Assembly: GCA_023213395.1 (NCBI GenBank)
Contig: CM041465.1
Span: forward strand, 151,473,741-151,537,740
Length of the DNA stretch: 64,000 nucleotides
Direction: 5' to 3'
Origin: Cycas panzhihuaensis
Lineage: Eukaryota > Plantae > Cycadophyta
Shown here: one piece after another, positions 63,413-64,000 of the stretch
How the letters are laid out: every line of letters begins with the position of its first letter
Position numbering within the stretch: position 1 is the first letter of the stretch
The notes under the pieces: model-generated
The model's database searches: none
What the model was told of the DNA's origin: nothing
Seen by the model: the letters and a program-made list of their open reading frames with translations, nothing else
Program-made: the position numbers and the translations under genes

Positions 63413-64000
63413 TGTTGCATATCCTTATCCCATGATCAACCAGCAGGTCAACTTCTATTCTATTTGTAGCCTTCTTTATGAGGCCAACCTCTATAAAGCA
63501 CGCTCATGTATTATTGTGAAGCCAACTTCTACAAAATCACGCTTATGTATTATGATGAGGCCAGCTTCCACCCTAAATTAGCATATATAAATAGTGGGGG
63601 TCTCAGTGGAATGAATCATCAGTCCTGTGAAATTATTTTGGCCCTCCTGTTAGAGGTGAGACTTGGAGGAACCTACCCTTGAAAAGGGCAGCAGCAGACC
63701 TCAGCCATTTCAGAGACAATTGACCTATTAACATTTAGAAGTACTGTCTTATCATTTCTACTATATTTAATAAAGGTGTACTTAACTAGAAAATCTCTTA
63801 ACTGCCTCTTATTTCTGCTACTAAATTATCATTTCTCTGCTGAATTGTTCATATTTATTATTATCAACTGTAACTAGTAGTTCCAGAACACTAGGACTGC
63901 ATGCAATCCCACTTGGAATTGCCAGATATGCATCCTGCTGTGTCTTGCAGCTTTATATGGCTGATGTATCAGTTTTGTTTGTGTTTGAAAATTCTTGCGT
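63413..64000 (+). repeat. 3' LTR of the chromovirus (end not determined)
   Basis: TGTTG start just after the PPT; tatataaata TATA-like box at ~63584. Confidence 0.7.

Larger units (their letters stand above)
39596..64000 (+). mobile_element. Old Ty3/Gypsy chromovirus (Reina-like), interrupted by 39829-58661 and 58962-59591
   Basis: gag at 39596-39828 and 58662-59900; PR ILVDGGA at ~60110; RT/RH/IN remnants; chromodomain VKWKNLNIEDATWE at ~63300-63340; PPT 63399-63410; LTR from 63413. Confidence 0.85.

Overview
This window is plant heterochromatin-like DNA made almost entirely of nested, decayed transposable elements. I found no host gene, RNA gene or CRISPR array; a gymnosperm-like host is my inference from element style. 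Left part: a Copia element (<1-12940) is split by a complete minus-strand Gypsy (2420-11004, TSD TTCCC) that has PR-RT-RH-IN and a long 3' extra ORF but no recognisable Gag capsid or nucleocapsid. That Copia sits inside a second minus-strand Gypsy (12941-17836) with the same tRNA-Glu-type PBS. The second element encodes Gag and protease, then two extra tandem capsid-like modules that run into the integrase tail, with RT, RNase H and the integrase core absent. Right part: an old chromovirus (gag pieces at ~19660, ~39600 and 58662; pol 60050-63400; 3' LTR from 63413) is interrupted twice. The first interruption is a hAT transposon carrying a second Copia, a solo LTR and an RNase-H-containing L1 LINE, which itself holds a gag-only LTR element. 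The second is an 18.8-kb nest of non-autonomous LTR elements. Other oddities are a solo LTR flanked by a 198-bp direct duplication, an LTR that has absorbed a PBS, and a 1.66-kb tandem duplication. All coordinates and translations were done by eye, with no database searches.
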